Shown piece by piece: positions 19,275 to 29,248 of a stretch of DNA of 64,000 bases. The number at the start of each line of letters is the position of its first letter. Position 1 is the stretch's first letter. Where the stretch lies: IMG/VR virus record IMGVR_UViG_3300018012_000099; one strand, written 5' to 3'. The stretch is from a virus. Taxonomy: Duplodnaviria; Caudoviricetes. Both the position numbers and the translations under genes were made by a program. The notes under the pieces were generated by a model that did not search any database, was not told where the DNA came from, and saw only the letters and a list, made by a program, of their open reading frames with translations.

Positions 19275-20225
19275 ATGTCATTACAGTCCACCGCTCAAGA
19301 ACAGCTTTTTGTCGTAGATCCAACAGCGATTACGCCGTTGGAGGTGTCTGTTCCGCTCAATGAGGGCGAAATGGGTTCCCTAGGGCTCAGTGGAGATGTT
19401 TCTCCTGAGGAAATGGCGGGCGCTCCCGCTCTAGAAGTGCATGAGCCAGTAGACAACGTAGAAATTGTCGTTGAAGAACTCCCAGGCGCCCCAGCTGGCA
19501 CCAAGGATCCTGAGCCAATGTTGGAAGTCAGCGAGCCAGGTATACAGGTGGATGAGAAGTCAGCCGCCGATGATCAGGATGCCAAGAAGTCCAACAAGAA
19601 CGAAAGATGGGATTGGGCTTCTAAAGGACCACACGGATTCGTGGGGTGGGTACAAGAGAAGATTAGTAGTGTACCCAAGCACTCTGGCTACGACTCTGCC
19701 GGATTAGAGCGAGCTATGGCTTACATGGAGAAGCTAGATAGTGAAATCTCTAAGGCTATGAGAATGGACTTGGACGGCGAACTAGACGCCAATAAGATTG
19801 AAGAGGTTCGCTCCAAATTGGATGAGGGTATTGCTCGTTTGCAAGATCGTCTCGACAAAGTGAAAGAATCTAAGAAGTCCTCTCGCAAGCGCAAAAAGTC
19901 TGCCGATGAAGCTTCTGAAGGTTTGGTCAAAGAGGCCCAGAAAATTTTGGGTGTGCAAGGCGTGTACATTATGGCTCCTCTGCTGATTTCGGGTATTGCC
20001 AGGATTTGTATTAATGGTTGCATTTCAGCCGGTCATGACATAAGTGATTTGTATCTTCGTCAAGTTAAGCAATGGAAATTGTCCGATCGTGAACAATTTG
20101 AGTTGAAGCAATTATTATTCGATATGGGGTTCCCGATGCCATATGATAGAAGCGTAATGGCTAATGAAGATTTCGATCCCGGTTCTGCGGATAACTATGA
20201 ATTAATGCAACAATTCAAGGGTTAA
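19275..20225 (+). CDS. Hypothetical acidic head-cluster protein
   Basis: 316 aa; STAQ, KSAADDQDAKK, KKSADE, LVKEAQ. Confidence 0.78.
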   Translation: MSLQSTAQEQLFVVDPTAITPLEVSVPLNEGEMGSLGLSGDVSPEEMAGAPALEVHEPVDNVEIVVEELPGAPAGTKDPEPMLEVSEPGIQVDEKSAADDQDAKKSNKNERWDWASKGPHGFVGWVQEKISSVPKHSGYDSAGLERAMAYMEKLDSEISKAMRMDLDGELDANKIEEVRSKLDEGIARLQDRLDKVKESKKSSRKRKKSADEASEGLVKEAQKILGVQGVYIMAPLLISGIARICINGCISAGHDISDLYLRQVKQWKLSDREQFELKQLLFDMGFPMPYDRSVMANEDFDPGSADNYELMQQFKG

Positions 20226-20231
20226 GCGATC

Positions 20232-20900
20232 ATGTCTAAATACACCAGATATCAGTCAGTAGTCTCTAGAAATACTGACGAACATATTAGTGAAGATCAT
20301 TGGCTTAAGCAATTTGAAAAGTCTTTGGAGAAGGGCGCAGTACAACCCCGCCCTCAGAGTTCGCTGTACGACCAAATCAATTCTATCATGAATGGTACCC
20401 CATCCAAGTATCCTTCTGTGCAAGCAGCCGTGGATGATATGATGCAGCGTAGCGGTCTTAGTAATTATCTTAAAACTTCTAAAGAAAACGATGAGGGTAA
20501 TAAGAAAATAGCTGGCGATCAAAATGATAATTTTGACAAAACCATTCCCGTCGAACAAAAACAACAAGACACAAATATTCCGGATATTATTCGTGAAAAT
20601 CCAGCTATTCTCAAAACATTAGAGAATTATATTAGATCTACCCGTGGTAACTTACCTATTCCAGCTATTATAGATAAACTGCATTCTATTCATCGTACAG
20701 ATGTGCCAAAAGATAAAATGTGGGACGATGACAAACTCATTAGATTAGTTAGTAAACTAAATCTTGAAGCCAAAAAAAATAATCCAGCTAACTATGAGGA
20801 TTATGCCAATTTGGCAGTGGGTGATCGTGATACAGCTGATTCGAATGTGGATCCATCCAATACGGACGCTTTTAATGCTTTAATGCCAGCCAAATTGTAA
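20232..20900 (+). CDS. Hypothetical protein upstream of terL
   Basis: 222 aa; NKKIAGDQ at an internal junction. Confidence 0.75.
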   Translation: MSKYTRYQSVVSRNTDEHISEDHWLKQFEKSLEKGAVQPRPQSSLYDQINSIMNGTPSKYPSVQAAVDDMMQRSGLSNYLKTSKENDEGNKKIAGDQNDNFDKTIPVEQKQQDTNIPDIIRENPAILKTLENYIRSTRGNLPIPAIIDKLHSIHRTDVPKDKMWDDDKLIRLVSKLNLEAKKNNPANYEDYANLAVGDRDTADSNVDPSNTDAFNALMPAKL

Positions 20901-20908
20901 TTAAATAA

Positions 20909-22786
20909 ATGACAACATCTGAGAAAGATATTTTTCTAAAATTGAAAAGACAGCTGCTTATGCTTGATCCGGTCTCTTTTTGCCAGACCTATCTCAATTT
21001 AGATGGAAAGCCTTTTACTCTAAGTGGTAATGGATACAAGCCTTTCTGTGACATTTATCGATATATTGGTATCAAGGCTTTAGAACGTAACTCTAAACCC
21101 GTTATTATGGTTAAGGGTCGTCAGGTTGGCGCCACCACTATGGCTAGTGCCTTAGAAATGTATTTCATGGGCTCTGGTATGTTTGGTAACGGCGAAAGAC
21201 CACCCATTCGCGTTATTCACACTTTTCCACAATTGGAACTGGCAGCGGCGTATTCTAAGACCAAGCTCAACCAAATGATCATTACCTCTCTCGTCCCGGA
21301 GGGCGTGGAACAAAAGAGCGGCTCCAAACCGAAGTCCTACATGCAACTCTTGTTGGACCAAAGCGCTTCAGCCAGCGAGTCCTTACATTTTAAGCAGTTC
21401 GCGGGTGGTAATCACTTATGGGTAGAATCTACTGGCGTTGATGCAGACCGTATCATGGGTCGTACCGCTGATGTTATCTTTTTTGATGAAGTACAGAAGA
21501 CCACTGATTTGGCATTAGGTAATGCTCTCAAGATTTTAACTACTGCTAAGTATGGTGAGCCATCTAAAGGGGTGAGAATTTATTTTGGTACGCCTCGTCG
21601 TAAAGGTTCTGATTTCCACAAGATGTGGCAGAACTCTTCTCAACAATATTATTACTTAGGTTGCGAAAACTGCGAAAAACACTTCCCACTCTACACTCCT
21701 GGCTCTAATAATTGGGAAAAAATCTGGATTCACGGCTACACTGTCAAATGTCCACTCTGTGGACATGAACAAAACAAATTAGAAGCTGCCGAGCGCGGCA
21801 AGTGGGTTGCCTTTAAAGATCCTAATGATGATGATTGTAACATGATTGGTTTCCATATCAATCAACTTTACATGCCGATGTTTACTCGTGAAGCTATTGA
21901 GAATGAAAAGCCGGGTAAGCACCCCATTAATACCGAACGTGTTTTTATGAATGAAGTTTTGGGAGAATTCTTTCAAGGAGATTCTAGTCCCATTACTCCT
22001 GACGAAGTGCGTCTTTTTTGTGCCGATCATGAAAGAAAGTTTTCTCCTAGTATCGTTCCAAGTAAGGGTTTAATGCAGCAGATTGCCGTGTTGGGTATCG
22101 ATTATGGTGCCCGTTCTGATTTGGAACAATTAGCTCAACCAGATAAGATTACCAGTCGCGGTCAATCCTATAGTACTGCAGTGGTGCTACTGTCTAAAGG
22201 TCCCGGTTTACTATCTATTGAATTTGCGATGAAATTCAAAAGAAACGATCCTGCTCATAAGAAAGGCATCATAGACCAGTTGATTAGACAATACAATATT
22301 CAACTAGCAGTAGGAGATATTGGTTACTCTAATGACTTTTCTCAAGACCTACAAAATGTCTATGGAGATAAGTATTTGGTTTCTCGTGCTCATCCGTCAG
22401 TCAATGAACATGTTAAGTTTAGACATGATACTTTTCCAAAAGAAATTCTTTTCGAAAGAGACTATTATATTGCTCAGCTCTATGAACAAATGAAAAAAGG
22501 AATGATTAGATTTCCTTATGGTGATTATGAAAGAATTGCTTGGTTGATAGAACATTGTTGTAGTATGGAGATTAAACCTTCTATTTCTAGAACTGGTGGC
22601 GATCCTAGTGTCCATTATGTCAAAGGTGGTACACCAAATGATGGTTTCATGGCTTTACTTAACGCTTATATTGCTTATAAGTTCTTGGTAACCAGAGGGT
22701 TTACTCACAATAACCCTTTACTACAGAATGAAAGAAACATTAATAAACCAATGGTTTTGAGTGGATATGTGTCCAGAAAATTCTAA
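20909..22786 (+). CDS. terL: Terminase large subunit (lambda gpA-like architecture with zinc insert)
   Basis: Walker A-like VKGRQVGATT, Walker B RTADVIFFDEVQ, CENC...CPLC insert, nuclease VLGIDYG, C-terminal PNDGFMAL. Confidence 0.92.
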   Translation: MTTSEKDIFLKLKRQLLMLDPVSFCQTYLNLDGKPFTLSGNGYKPFCDIYRYIGIKALERNSKPVIMVKGRQVGATTMASALEMYFMGSGMFGNGERPPIRVIHTFPQLELAAAYSKTKLNQMIITSLVPEGVEQKSGSKPKSYMQLLLDQSASASESLHFKQFAGGNHLWVESTGVDADRIMGRTADVIFFDEVQKTTDLALGNALKILTTAKYGEPSKGVRIYFGTPRRKGSDFHKMWQNSSQQYYYLGCENCEKHFPLYTPGSNNWEKIWIHGYTVKCPLCGHEQNKLEAAERGKWVAFKDPNDDDCNMIGFHINQLYMPMFTREAIENEKPGKHPINTERVFMNEVLGEFFQGDSSPITPDEVRLFCADHERKFSPSIVPSKGLMQQIAVLGIDYGARSDLEQLAQPDKITSRGQSYSTAVVLLSKGPGLLSIEFAMKFKRNDPAHKKGIIDQLIRQYNIQLAVGDIGYSNDFSQDLQNVYGDKYLVSRAHPSVNEHVKFRHDTFPKEILFERDYYIAQLYEQMKKGMIRFPYGDYERIAWLIEHCCSMEIKPSISRTGGDPSVHYVKGGTPNDGFMALLNAYIAYKFLVTRGFTHNNPLLQNERNINKPMVLSGYVSRKF

Positions 22787-22860
22787 AAGTCTGAAATATT
22801 AGCCCTGACTGATATATCATATATTGAGTATAGTAGAGGGTGTAGTGAAAATGAGGATTC

Positions 22861-24756
22861 ATGGCTAGTAATAAACCCCCTAAACAATGGCAGGGACCAT
22901 CAAAATCAGACCAATATATGGATAAGCGTTCAACTGTTCCACAAGTTAGCGCTATTATGGCCCAAGGTGTTTCCAAAGAAAGAAGAGCGATTCTTTCTGA
23001 TGAAGTTGATCAGGGTGCATTTCGTGATGGTTCTGGACCTACCTACAGTCAGAGAGTAGCAGAAAATCTTGAAACTGCTAACGCCCGTGTCGTGGCATCT
23101 GTTGGTGGATTCAAAAAGAACGCTCAAGTAGTTAGTAGTGTGGGCGGTATGTTCCGTGGTATTCACGGAGATTCTGTCAAACAAACTCCTGAAGTATATT
23201 CTCCTCTGTGGCTCAATTCCAACCTTAATCTACCCCGTGATAGGGCTACTATCAATGCTTGGTGTCGTAGCTTTTATGCTTTGAATCCTTTCGTACATAA
23301 TGCTATCAATCTTCACAGTACTTACCCAATTAGTAAGCTAAGCATTAAGTGTCCTAATAAAGATATTGAGAAGTTCTTCAACGATATGATTGAAGAAATC
23401 GATTTGATGAACATATGTGTACAAATCGCTCAGGAGTACTGGTTACTCGGTGAAGCCTTTGTATATTCTGAACTAGATGAAAGCAAAGGTAAGTGGAGTC
23501 GTTTGCTGATTCAGAACCCAGACTTTATGGTGGTTAAGCGTACCGTAGTGGCTAATGAACCTATTATCCAATTGCGTCCAGATCCTAATCTACAAAAGAT
23601 TATCTTCTCTAACCGTCCTAGTGATATTGAACAGCGCAAACAATTAAACCAACATATCATTGATTCGGTGCGTCGTGGTGAAAATATTCCTCTAGACAAC
23701 TTTCATGTTTCTCATTTGGCTCGTCGTATCAGTCCTTATGAAATCAGAGGTACTGGACTACCAGTCTGTATTTTTCGTCAATTGATGTTATTTGATAAGT
23801 TACGCGAATCCAAATATGCTCAAGCTGATAATATGATCAATCCACTCACCATCGTTAAGATTGGTTCGGCTGATTATAAACCTACTTTCGCCGACTTAGA
23901 AGCTTGGAGAAGTACTTTCGAAGAAGCTCAATATGATAAGGATTTCAAGATTTTTACTCATGAAGGCGTAGATGTTACTAGAGTAGGTTATGGTCAAGGT
24001 ATCTACGATATTTCTGGTGATATTACTCAGTTAGTTAAAGAAATCTACGTGGGACTTCAGGTTCCACCGGTGTTGATGGATGGTGGTGCCGATACTACTT
24101 ACGCCAATGGTGGTGTAGCTTTAGATGTTTTGCGTCAGCGTTACATGCAGTTTCGTAATATGATGTCCCAGTGGTTGAAACGCAAAATCTTTGCTCCTAT
24201 CTCCAAAATTCAAGGATTCTACGATTATTCCGGTGGAGAGAAGCAGCTCATCGTTCCAGAGATTGACTGGAATCATATGTCCTTGTTCGATGCCGGAGAT
24301 TACATTAATAGCATCGTCACTTTAACTCAAGGCACTGATGAAGCTAAGAGAGTTTCTTTGCATACCCTATATCGTTCGATCGGTTTGGAATTTGAAGATG
24401 AAACTCGTAAAATTCGCAAGGAAGCTATCCAAAACGCCATTGCCAAAAAGGAAAAGGCAGCTTTGGAGGCTATGGACCTCAACGCTCTTCGTGCTCTGGA
24501 TGAGGAAGATGAAATTCCGGAACCAGAAAAGAAGCCAGGACAAGAAGAACAGCCAGTTCCGGGCGAAACTCCAGGTGGCGCACCACCTCCAGGTGGTATG
24601 CCAGATTTGGGATTGCCGAGTGGTCCGCCTCCAGGTCCGCTTCCAGGTGGAGGAGCCGCAGCGCTTCCTGCGGCACCTCCAGGTGGCGAGGCGCCCCCGG
24701 GCGGTGGGACACCCCCAGCCGCTCCGCCAGTAGGCGGACCACCGCCCGGTCCATAA
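22861..24756 (+). CDS. Portal protein with Pro/Gly-rich C-terminal tail
   Basis: Directly after terL; WCRSFYALNPFVHNAINLH, EYWLLGEAFVY, FHVSHLAR..SPYEIRGTGL; FKKNAQ near the N-terminus. Confidence 0.85.
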   Translation: MASNKPPKQWQGPSKSDQYMDKRSTVPQVSAIMAQGVSKERRAILSDEVDQGAFRDGSGPTYSQRVAENLETANARVVASVGGFKKNAQVVSSVGGMFRGIHGDSVKQTPEVYSPLWLNSNLNLPRDRATINAWCRSFYALNPFVHNAINLHSTYPISKLSIKCPNKDIEKFFNDMIEEIDLMNICVQIAQEYWLLGEAFVYSELDESKGKWSRLLIQNPDFMVVKRTVVANEPIIQLRPDPNLQKIIFSNRPSDIEQRKQLNQHIIDSVRRGENIPLDNFHVSHLARRISPYEIRGTGLPVCIFRQLMLFDKLRESKYAQADNMINPLTIVKIGSADYKPTFADLEAWRSTFEEAQYDKDFKIFTHEGVDVTRVGYGQGIYDISGDITQLVKEIYVGLQVPPVLMDGGADTTYANGGVALDVLRQRYMQFRNMMSQWLKRKIFAPISKIQGFYDYSGGEKQLIVPEIDWNHMSLFDAGDYINSIVTLTQGTDEAKRVSLHTLYRSIGLEFEDETRKIRKEAIQNAIAKKEKAALEAMDLNALRALDEEDEIPEPEKKPGQEEQPVPGETPGGAPPPGGMPDLGLPSGPPPGPLPGGGAAALPAAPPGGEAPPGGGTPPAAPPVGGPPPGP

Positions 24757-24791
24757 TCCACATAAAATCAAGGGTTAGTGTATGTACTTAT

Positions 24792-24806
24792 GGATAATGC
24801 AGCATT
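24792..24806 (+). promoter_or_regulatory. Candidate late promoter GGATAATGCAGCATT
   Basis: ATW-N6-YAT motif, 35 nt upstream of ATG 24842. Confidence 0.45.
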
Positions 24807-24841
24807 CTTATAGTTATTAGCCTATAAGTAGAGGGTTTTCT

Positions 24842-26152
24842 ATGGATAAAATTGCCCAAAAGAGAAGTCTTCTTAACAGATTGCACGAAATGGCCAATGT
24901 TCCAGCTCGTTCAGCTGAAGAATTCTTCAAACCAGAACTCAAAAGAGTTATGAATGTCTTAATTGATGCCGATGATGTAGTTCGTTCCACATTAGCTGGC
25001 TCGAAGGTAGGTAAAGCTACCCCAGAAGATCCTATCTCAGCCAAGGATTTACTCAAAGAGGCTAAGTCTTTCATCAATCGTCGCGAATATTTATCTGCCG
25101 TGGCCAGTTTAGGTAGATTCCACAAGAAGATGAGTGATGTAGCTAGTGTTCTCAAGAATCTTGACTTGAATGTTAATAACATTCATCACCGCTTCTTGTT
25201 TGAAAAGCTACCAGGCAAACACAAGGAACAGTTAGAGAATATGCGTTCCCGTTTTGCTAGCGAACAATCAGAATACTTTATCAAAGAAGCTAATATTATG
25301 GATTTCTTCCATAATATTGGTACACAACGTGGTCGTGCTTTGGCTGCTTGGGAGAAAAGATATCCTAAAGTAGTTGGTAAAATCCGTGAAGGTGCCATTT
25401 CTCAATTGGAGAATGCTCAAAATATGTTGGAACATTCTTTAACTTTGCTCAAGACAATGGCTTCTGCTAGAGCCGGTCGTAATATTGATGCTTATTTAGA
25501 AGCCAGTAAAGAATTAACTAACGCTTTCAATAAATATGATAATGGTAAAGGCGGTTTCAAAAATTATTATACCGATGTTATTAGACCATATTTAGATACA
25601 CAAGCTAAGATTGAAGCTGAGGAAGCCACCAAGGTCTCTGTTCCTGATTCTTCTAAGGTTTCTCCTGTCGGATCTAATTCCGACACTAGTGGTACTGTTC
25701 CTGCTGGTCCATTACCCGATGCGTTCAAACCAGCGCCCGGACCTGGTGTTACTGGTGAAACTTTGCCAGGTGTTGCTCCACCCACGCAATCATCTCAGGC
25801 TAAACCTGGCGATACTTTAAGTGTGACACCATTACCACCGCCCCCTAACGTTCCATCTGATGTGACTCCGGTGGCTCCCCATCCACCAGTGGTACCCTCT
25901 TTGCCGGTACCAAATGTTCCAGAACAATCTAAACTGGAGAAAGTACATCAAGAAATTATGAAAGAATGGGAAGCCAAAAATAAAAGTAGAACCAGTTCTT
26001 ACAACTCTTTCATTGAGTCTTTAGAGGTATTTTCTAATGAAGATCCTGCTCTATTGGCTGCGCATATTTCTACGTATGCTCGCTCCATTCAAGTTGATGA
26101 TCCAAATACTGCTATTCAATTGTTCAAAATTTCCAAATCTTTGAGGAGGTAA
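24842..26152 (+). CDS. Hypothetical head-cluster protein with a Pro-rich linker
   Basis: 436 aa; begins MDKIAQ; FIKEAN internal. Confidence 0.8.
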   Translation: MDKIAQKRSLLNRLHEMANVPARSAEEFFKPELKRVMNVLIDADDVVRSTLAGSKVGKATPEDPISAKDLLKEAKSFINRREYLSAVASLGRFHKKMSDVASVLKNLDLNVNNIHHRFLFEKLPGKHKEQLENMRSRFASEQSEYFIKEANIMDFFHNIGTQRGRALAAWEKRYPKVVGKIREGAISQLENAQNMLEHSLTLLKTMASARAGRNIDAYLEASKELTNAFNKYDNGKGGFKNYYTDVIRPYLDTQAKIEAEEATKVSVPDSSKVSPVGSNSDTSGTVPAGPLPDAFKPAPGPGVTGETLPGVAPPTQSSQAKPGDTLSVTPLPPPPNVPSDVTPVAPHPPVVPSLPVPNVPEQSKLEKVHQEIMKEWEAKNKSRTSSYNSFIESLEVFSNEDPALLAAHISTYARSIQVDDPNTAIQLFKISKSLRR

Positions 26153-26153
26153 G

Positions 26154-27281
26154 GTGGCTAATTTGGGTTCTAACTTTTATTCTAAGTTAGTACAGCTAGC
26201 CGCAGAAACAGGAATGAAGCCAGAAGATATTTTGGCAGTCATGGTTTCTGAGTCCGGTGTTAATCCTGCTGCACATAATCCTCACGGAGGTGCTACCGGT
26301 TTGATGCAATTCATGCCACAAACCTTACCAAGTGTTGGTTTTCACGGTAGCCCGTCTGATTTTGGTATGCTGTCTGGTGAGGATCAATTACCCTATATCA
26401 AGAGATTGATTGAGGGTAATATGCGTTTGAATGGTGGTCCTTTTACTAACGCTGCCCAATACTATGTAGCTGTTTTTTGGCCGGTAGGTCTTAAGTTACC
26501 TGGAGTACGTCATGGTAATCCTAATACACCTATTGTAGAAGAGAATCCAGAATCAATAGGCGGATACAGTAAAAAATATTACGATATGGGAATTAAAATT
26601 CCTGTGGGTCAAGAACGTGCTGCTTATAAAGCGAACCCACTTTTTCATGGTAATATTCCGGGCACTATCACTTACGGCGATATGATGAAGCAAATAGATA
26701 AGAATAGGAGAAATCCATTATATTCTAAAGCTTTGATGGCTATGAACGAACAAACTGGATATGAACCTGATACCATATCTCTTACTCCTATGTTGGCTCA
26801 ACGTACCAAATTACCCACACATCAATCAAATAATTTTATGGATATTTTAAATCAGTTTGTACATTACCTATCGACAGTTGCCTCTGAACAGCATACAAGT
26901 AAGAAGATATACAAGAAAATGTTACCCAATCATGATATACTTATTCAAATTACTGCGCCCGATTATACTAGCGCTATTGAATTTTCTCGTATTCTTTGTG
27001 CGGCTCTTGATGAAGAAGTGCAGGCCAGTGCGTATCCTCATACCGATGGTAGTCAAATAGTGGAAGTAGAATGCTCTATTCCTGGACCAGCTTTAGGATG
27101 TTTACAAGCTGTAGAACAATTAAATCAATCTCTTACTGAAACTTTTAAGGACGCTACCAAGAAAGTGGGTGGAATTGTAGTTAAAACTCACTGTATAATG
27201 AATAAAAAGTCATCATATCAACAAATCAGCTTGAGGACTGCTGAGACTAATTATAGAAAATTCCTCCTAAAATTTATATAA
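26154..27281 (+). CDS. Lytic transglycosylase (SLT/lysozyme-like) fused to an unknown C-terminal domain
   Basis: LAVMVSESG.NP.A.N..GGATGLMQFMP (catalytic Glu and GLMQ motif); GTG start after AGGAGG. Confidence 0.88.
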   Translation: MANLGSNFYSKLVQLAAETGMKPEDILAVMVSESGVNPAAHNPHGGATGLMQFMPQTLPSVGFHGSPSDFGMLSGEDQLPYIKRLIEGNMRLNGGPFTNAAQYYVAVFWPVGLKLPGVRHGNPNTPIVEENPESIGGYSKKYYDMGIKIPVGQERAAYKANPLFHGNIPGTITYGDMMKQIDKNRRNPLYSKALMAMNEQTGYEPDTISLTPMLAQRTKLPTHQSNNFMDILNQFVHYLSTVASEQHTSKKIYKKMLPNHDILIQITAPDYTSAIEFSRILCAALDEEVQASAYPHTDGSQIVEVECSIPGPALGCLQAVEQLNQSLTETFKDATKKVGGIVVKTHCIMNKKSSYQQISLRTAETNYRKFLLKFI

Positions 27282-27290
27282 GGAAATAAG

Positions 27291-27722
27291 ATGGTTACCG
27301 AACAGGAAGTACAAGAACTAGCGACCAGTAGTAAGAATTCTGGAAGAACTTTAGCTGAGTTCATAGCTGAGTTATATAAAGGCAAGTTTCTAGAAATCTA
27401 TGTTGGTGATTCCTATGAAGAGATAAGTGTGGATCAAGTATCTACTTCTTATCCGGCTGTTTTTTGCGGAAAAGTAGTAACTGCATATAGAGAAGCCTTG
27501 GTCATCAATTGTGTGTTTACCAATCAAGCCAACAAGCTACAACTAGGTAATATAGTGTGCATTAGCGAAAGAGCTATCAGAGCCTTGAATGAAGTGGATG
27601 GAAAAGGAACTTTAGAAGATATGTTGCTGCGTAGCAAAGAAACTTTAGCTATCAAAGAGATGTTTATTGATCCTCCTCGCCACGCACGCCTACCACCCAC
27701 CGTACAACCACCAAAGAAGTAA
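27291..27722 (+). CDS. Hypothetical protein
   Basis: 143-aa ORF in the operon. Confidence 0.7.
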   Translation: MVTEQEVQELATSSKNSGRTLAEFIAELYKGKFLEIYVGDSYEEISVDQVSTSYPAVFCGKVVTAYREALVINCVFTNQANKLQLGNIVCISERAIRALNEVDGKGTLEDMLLRSKETLAIKEMFIDPPRHARLPPTVQPPKK

Positions 27723-28466
27723 ATGAGAACACTCGATGAGATCGTACAACTTGCCGACAACTTTGAACAACGTTGTCAAGATAGTTTGGTAAAGATTGCG
27801 GTGGTCCGCAAATTACCAAACGGCAAGTATCGTGTACTTTCTCAAAAGGGTAAGAACTTAGGAACCTTCGATTCGGAAAAGGCTGCTAACAAACATCTCA
27901 GACAGGTGGAGTATTTCAAACACCTAGATAAGTCGCACGCCGAGGACGATACCTCCGTTATCGATTTGACTGATGCCGACGAATTTGCCTATTCTGCCAT
28001 CATGCGTAAAATGCGTGAAAAGGCTTCTAAAGAGCAGGTAACCATTTTCCTCAAGCTATTCAAAGCCGAATTCGATCGTGCCGTCAAAGCTAAGTTGAAG
28101 AAGCCAGAGCGTTTGGCTTTACAAAACGCTCTGGTCAAGTTCAACAAACTACATAAGATTAAGCTAAGCAAGAAGATGGTCAAGAGTGCAGCCGTTAGCG
28201 AGTTGGGAGACTCCAGGGCTGTTGGCGCCTATTTGGCTAATATCGTCACTTTTATTCTCAATCGTGTGCCACCTGACCATAGACTTATCGCTCGCGATAG
28301 ACTCAAGCAAAAGTTTGCTTTAATGAATACAGATGACATCGCTTCCAAACATTTGCCCGACTCCGCAGCCGTTGCTCAATCTATTACCTTTGTCAAGCAC
28401 GTGCTATTCAATCATGACTCCAACTACATTAAAGAAGTTCTTAACGCCCTGGTGAGCGCACTATGA
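27723..28466 (+). CDS. Hypothetical head-cluster protein with a small basic domain
   Basis: LVKIA followed by VRKLPNGKYRVLSQKGKNLGTFDSEKAANKHLRQVEYFKH; MVKSAA internal. Confidence 0.75.
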   Translation: MRTLDEIVQLADNFEQRCQDSLVKIAVVRKLPNGKYRVLSQKGKNLGTFDSEKAANKHLRQVEYFKHLDKSHAEDDTSVIDLTDADEFAYSAIMRKMREKASKEQVTIFLKLFKAEFDRAVKAKLKKPERLALQNALVKFNKLHKIKLSKKMVKSAAVSELGDSRAVGAYLANIVTFILNRVPPDHRLIARDRLKQKFALMNTDDIASKHLPDSAAVAQSITFVKHVLFNHDSNYIKEVLNALVSAL

Positions 28467-29248
28467 TACACCGATTGCGTAAAGTCGCAGACGGTTTGTT
28501 CCGTGGTAGCGCTCCGACACCAAAGGATGTTTTATGGCTCAAAGAAATTTTAGGCATCAAGAAGATTGTGTCTTTAGATAAAGAGGCTGGTGATAAAATT
28601 GATCGTGCTTGTAAAATGTTGGGTATTGATCATGTCAAAGCTTATATAGAAGGTGTAGATAGAAAGTCTTTGTATAATGTTTTGAGTCAAAATTTGAAGC
28701 ATCTATTAATAGATGGTGGTCCTACATATTTTCATTGTCATGAAGGTAAAGATAGAACTGGTTTACTTGCTGCTTTATTTAAGTGTAAATATATGGGCAT
28801 GGATCCGGAGGCTGCTATTACTGAAGCCAAATCTTTAGGATTTGGTGTTGGTATTCCGCCAGAGATTACTCACCTATATGAGAAGTTGATTCGCGCCTGT
28901 AAACCGCATAAAGATCCAGATGTTAATAATGCTGATATAGTCGGTAATGAAAGAGAGTATATCAGTGATAATCGCGATACTTTCTTGGATGAGAGCCGTC
29001 AAAGCTCTTGGGCTCCATACCTAGATCATACTCGTCAAAACCCAATGGATGCCGTTTATGTTTATATAAATGACCAATCTCCTACTCGTGAAAATTACCA
29101 ACAAACTTGGAAAGAGCCGAAGGAGAGGTTGGAAGAAGCAATAAATTCGCATGAAGATACCATACCTCAAGTTGGCACTTTTAATAATGATGCGGGCGCT
29201 AGAGGATTTGGACCCACCGAAAACTATAGTGGATTTTTTTATGATTAA
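28463..29248 (+). CDS. Dual-specificity/tyrosine phosphatase (PTP superfamily)
   Basis: LFRGSAP, P-loop FHCHEGKDRTG (CX5R); C-terminal extension. Confidence 0.9.
   Translation: MIHRLRKVADGLFRGSAPTPKDVLWLKEILGIKKIVSLDKEAGDKIDRACKMLGIDHVKAYIEGVDRKSLYNVLSQNLKHLLIDGGPTYFHCHEGKDRTGLLAALFKCKYMGMDPEAAITEAKSLGFGVGIPPEITHLYEKLIRACKPHKDPDVNNADIVGNEREYISDNRDTFLDESRQSSWAPYLDHTRQNPMDAVYVYINDQSPTRENYQQTWKEPKERLEEAINSHEDTIPQVGTFNNDAGARGFGPTENYSGFFYD

Noticed and set aside
24327-24771. Four overlapping ORFs in other frames and strands over the portal C-terminus
   Set aside because: By-product of the GC-rich Pro/Gly codon tract, which lacks stops; no RBS and no recognisable motifs
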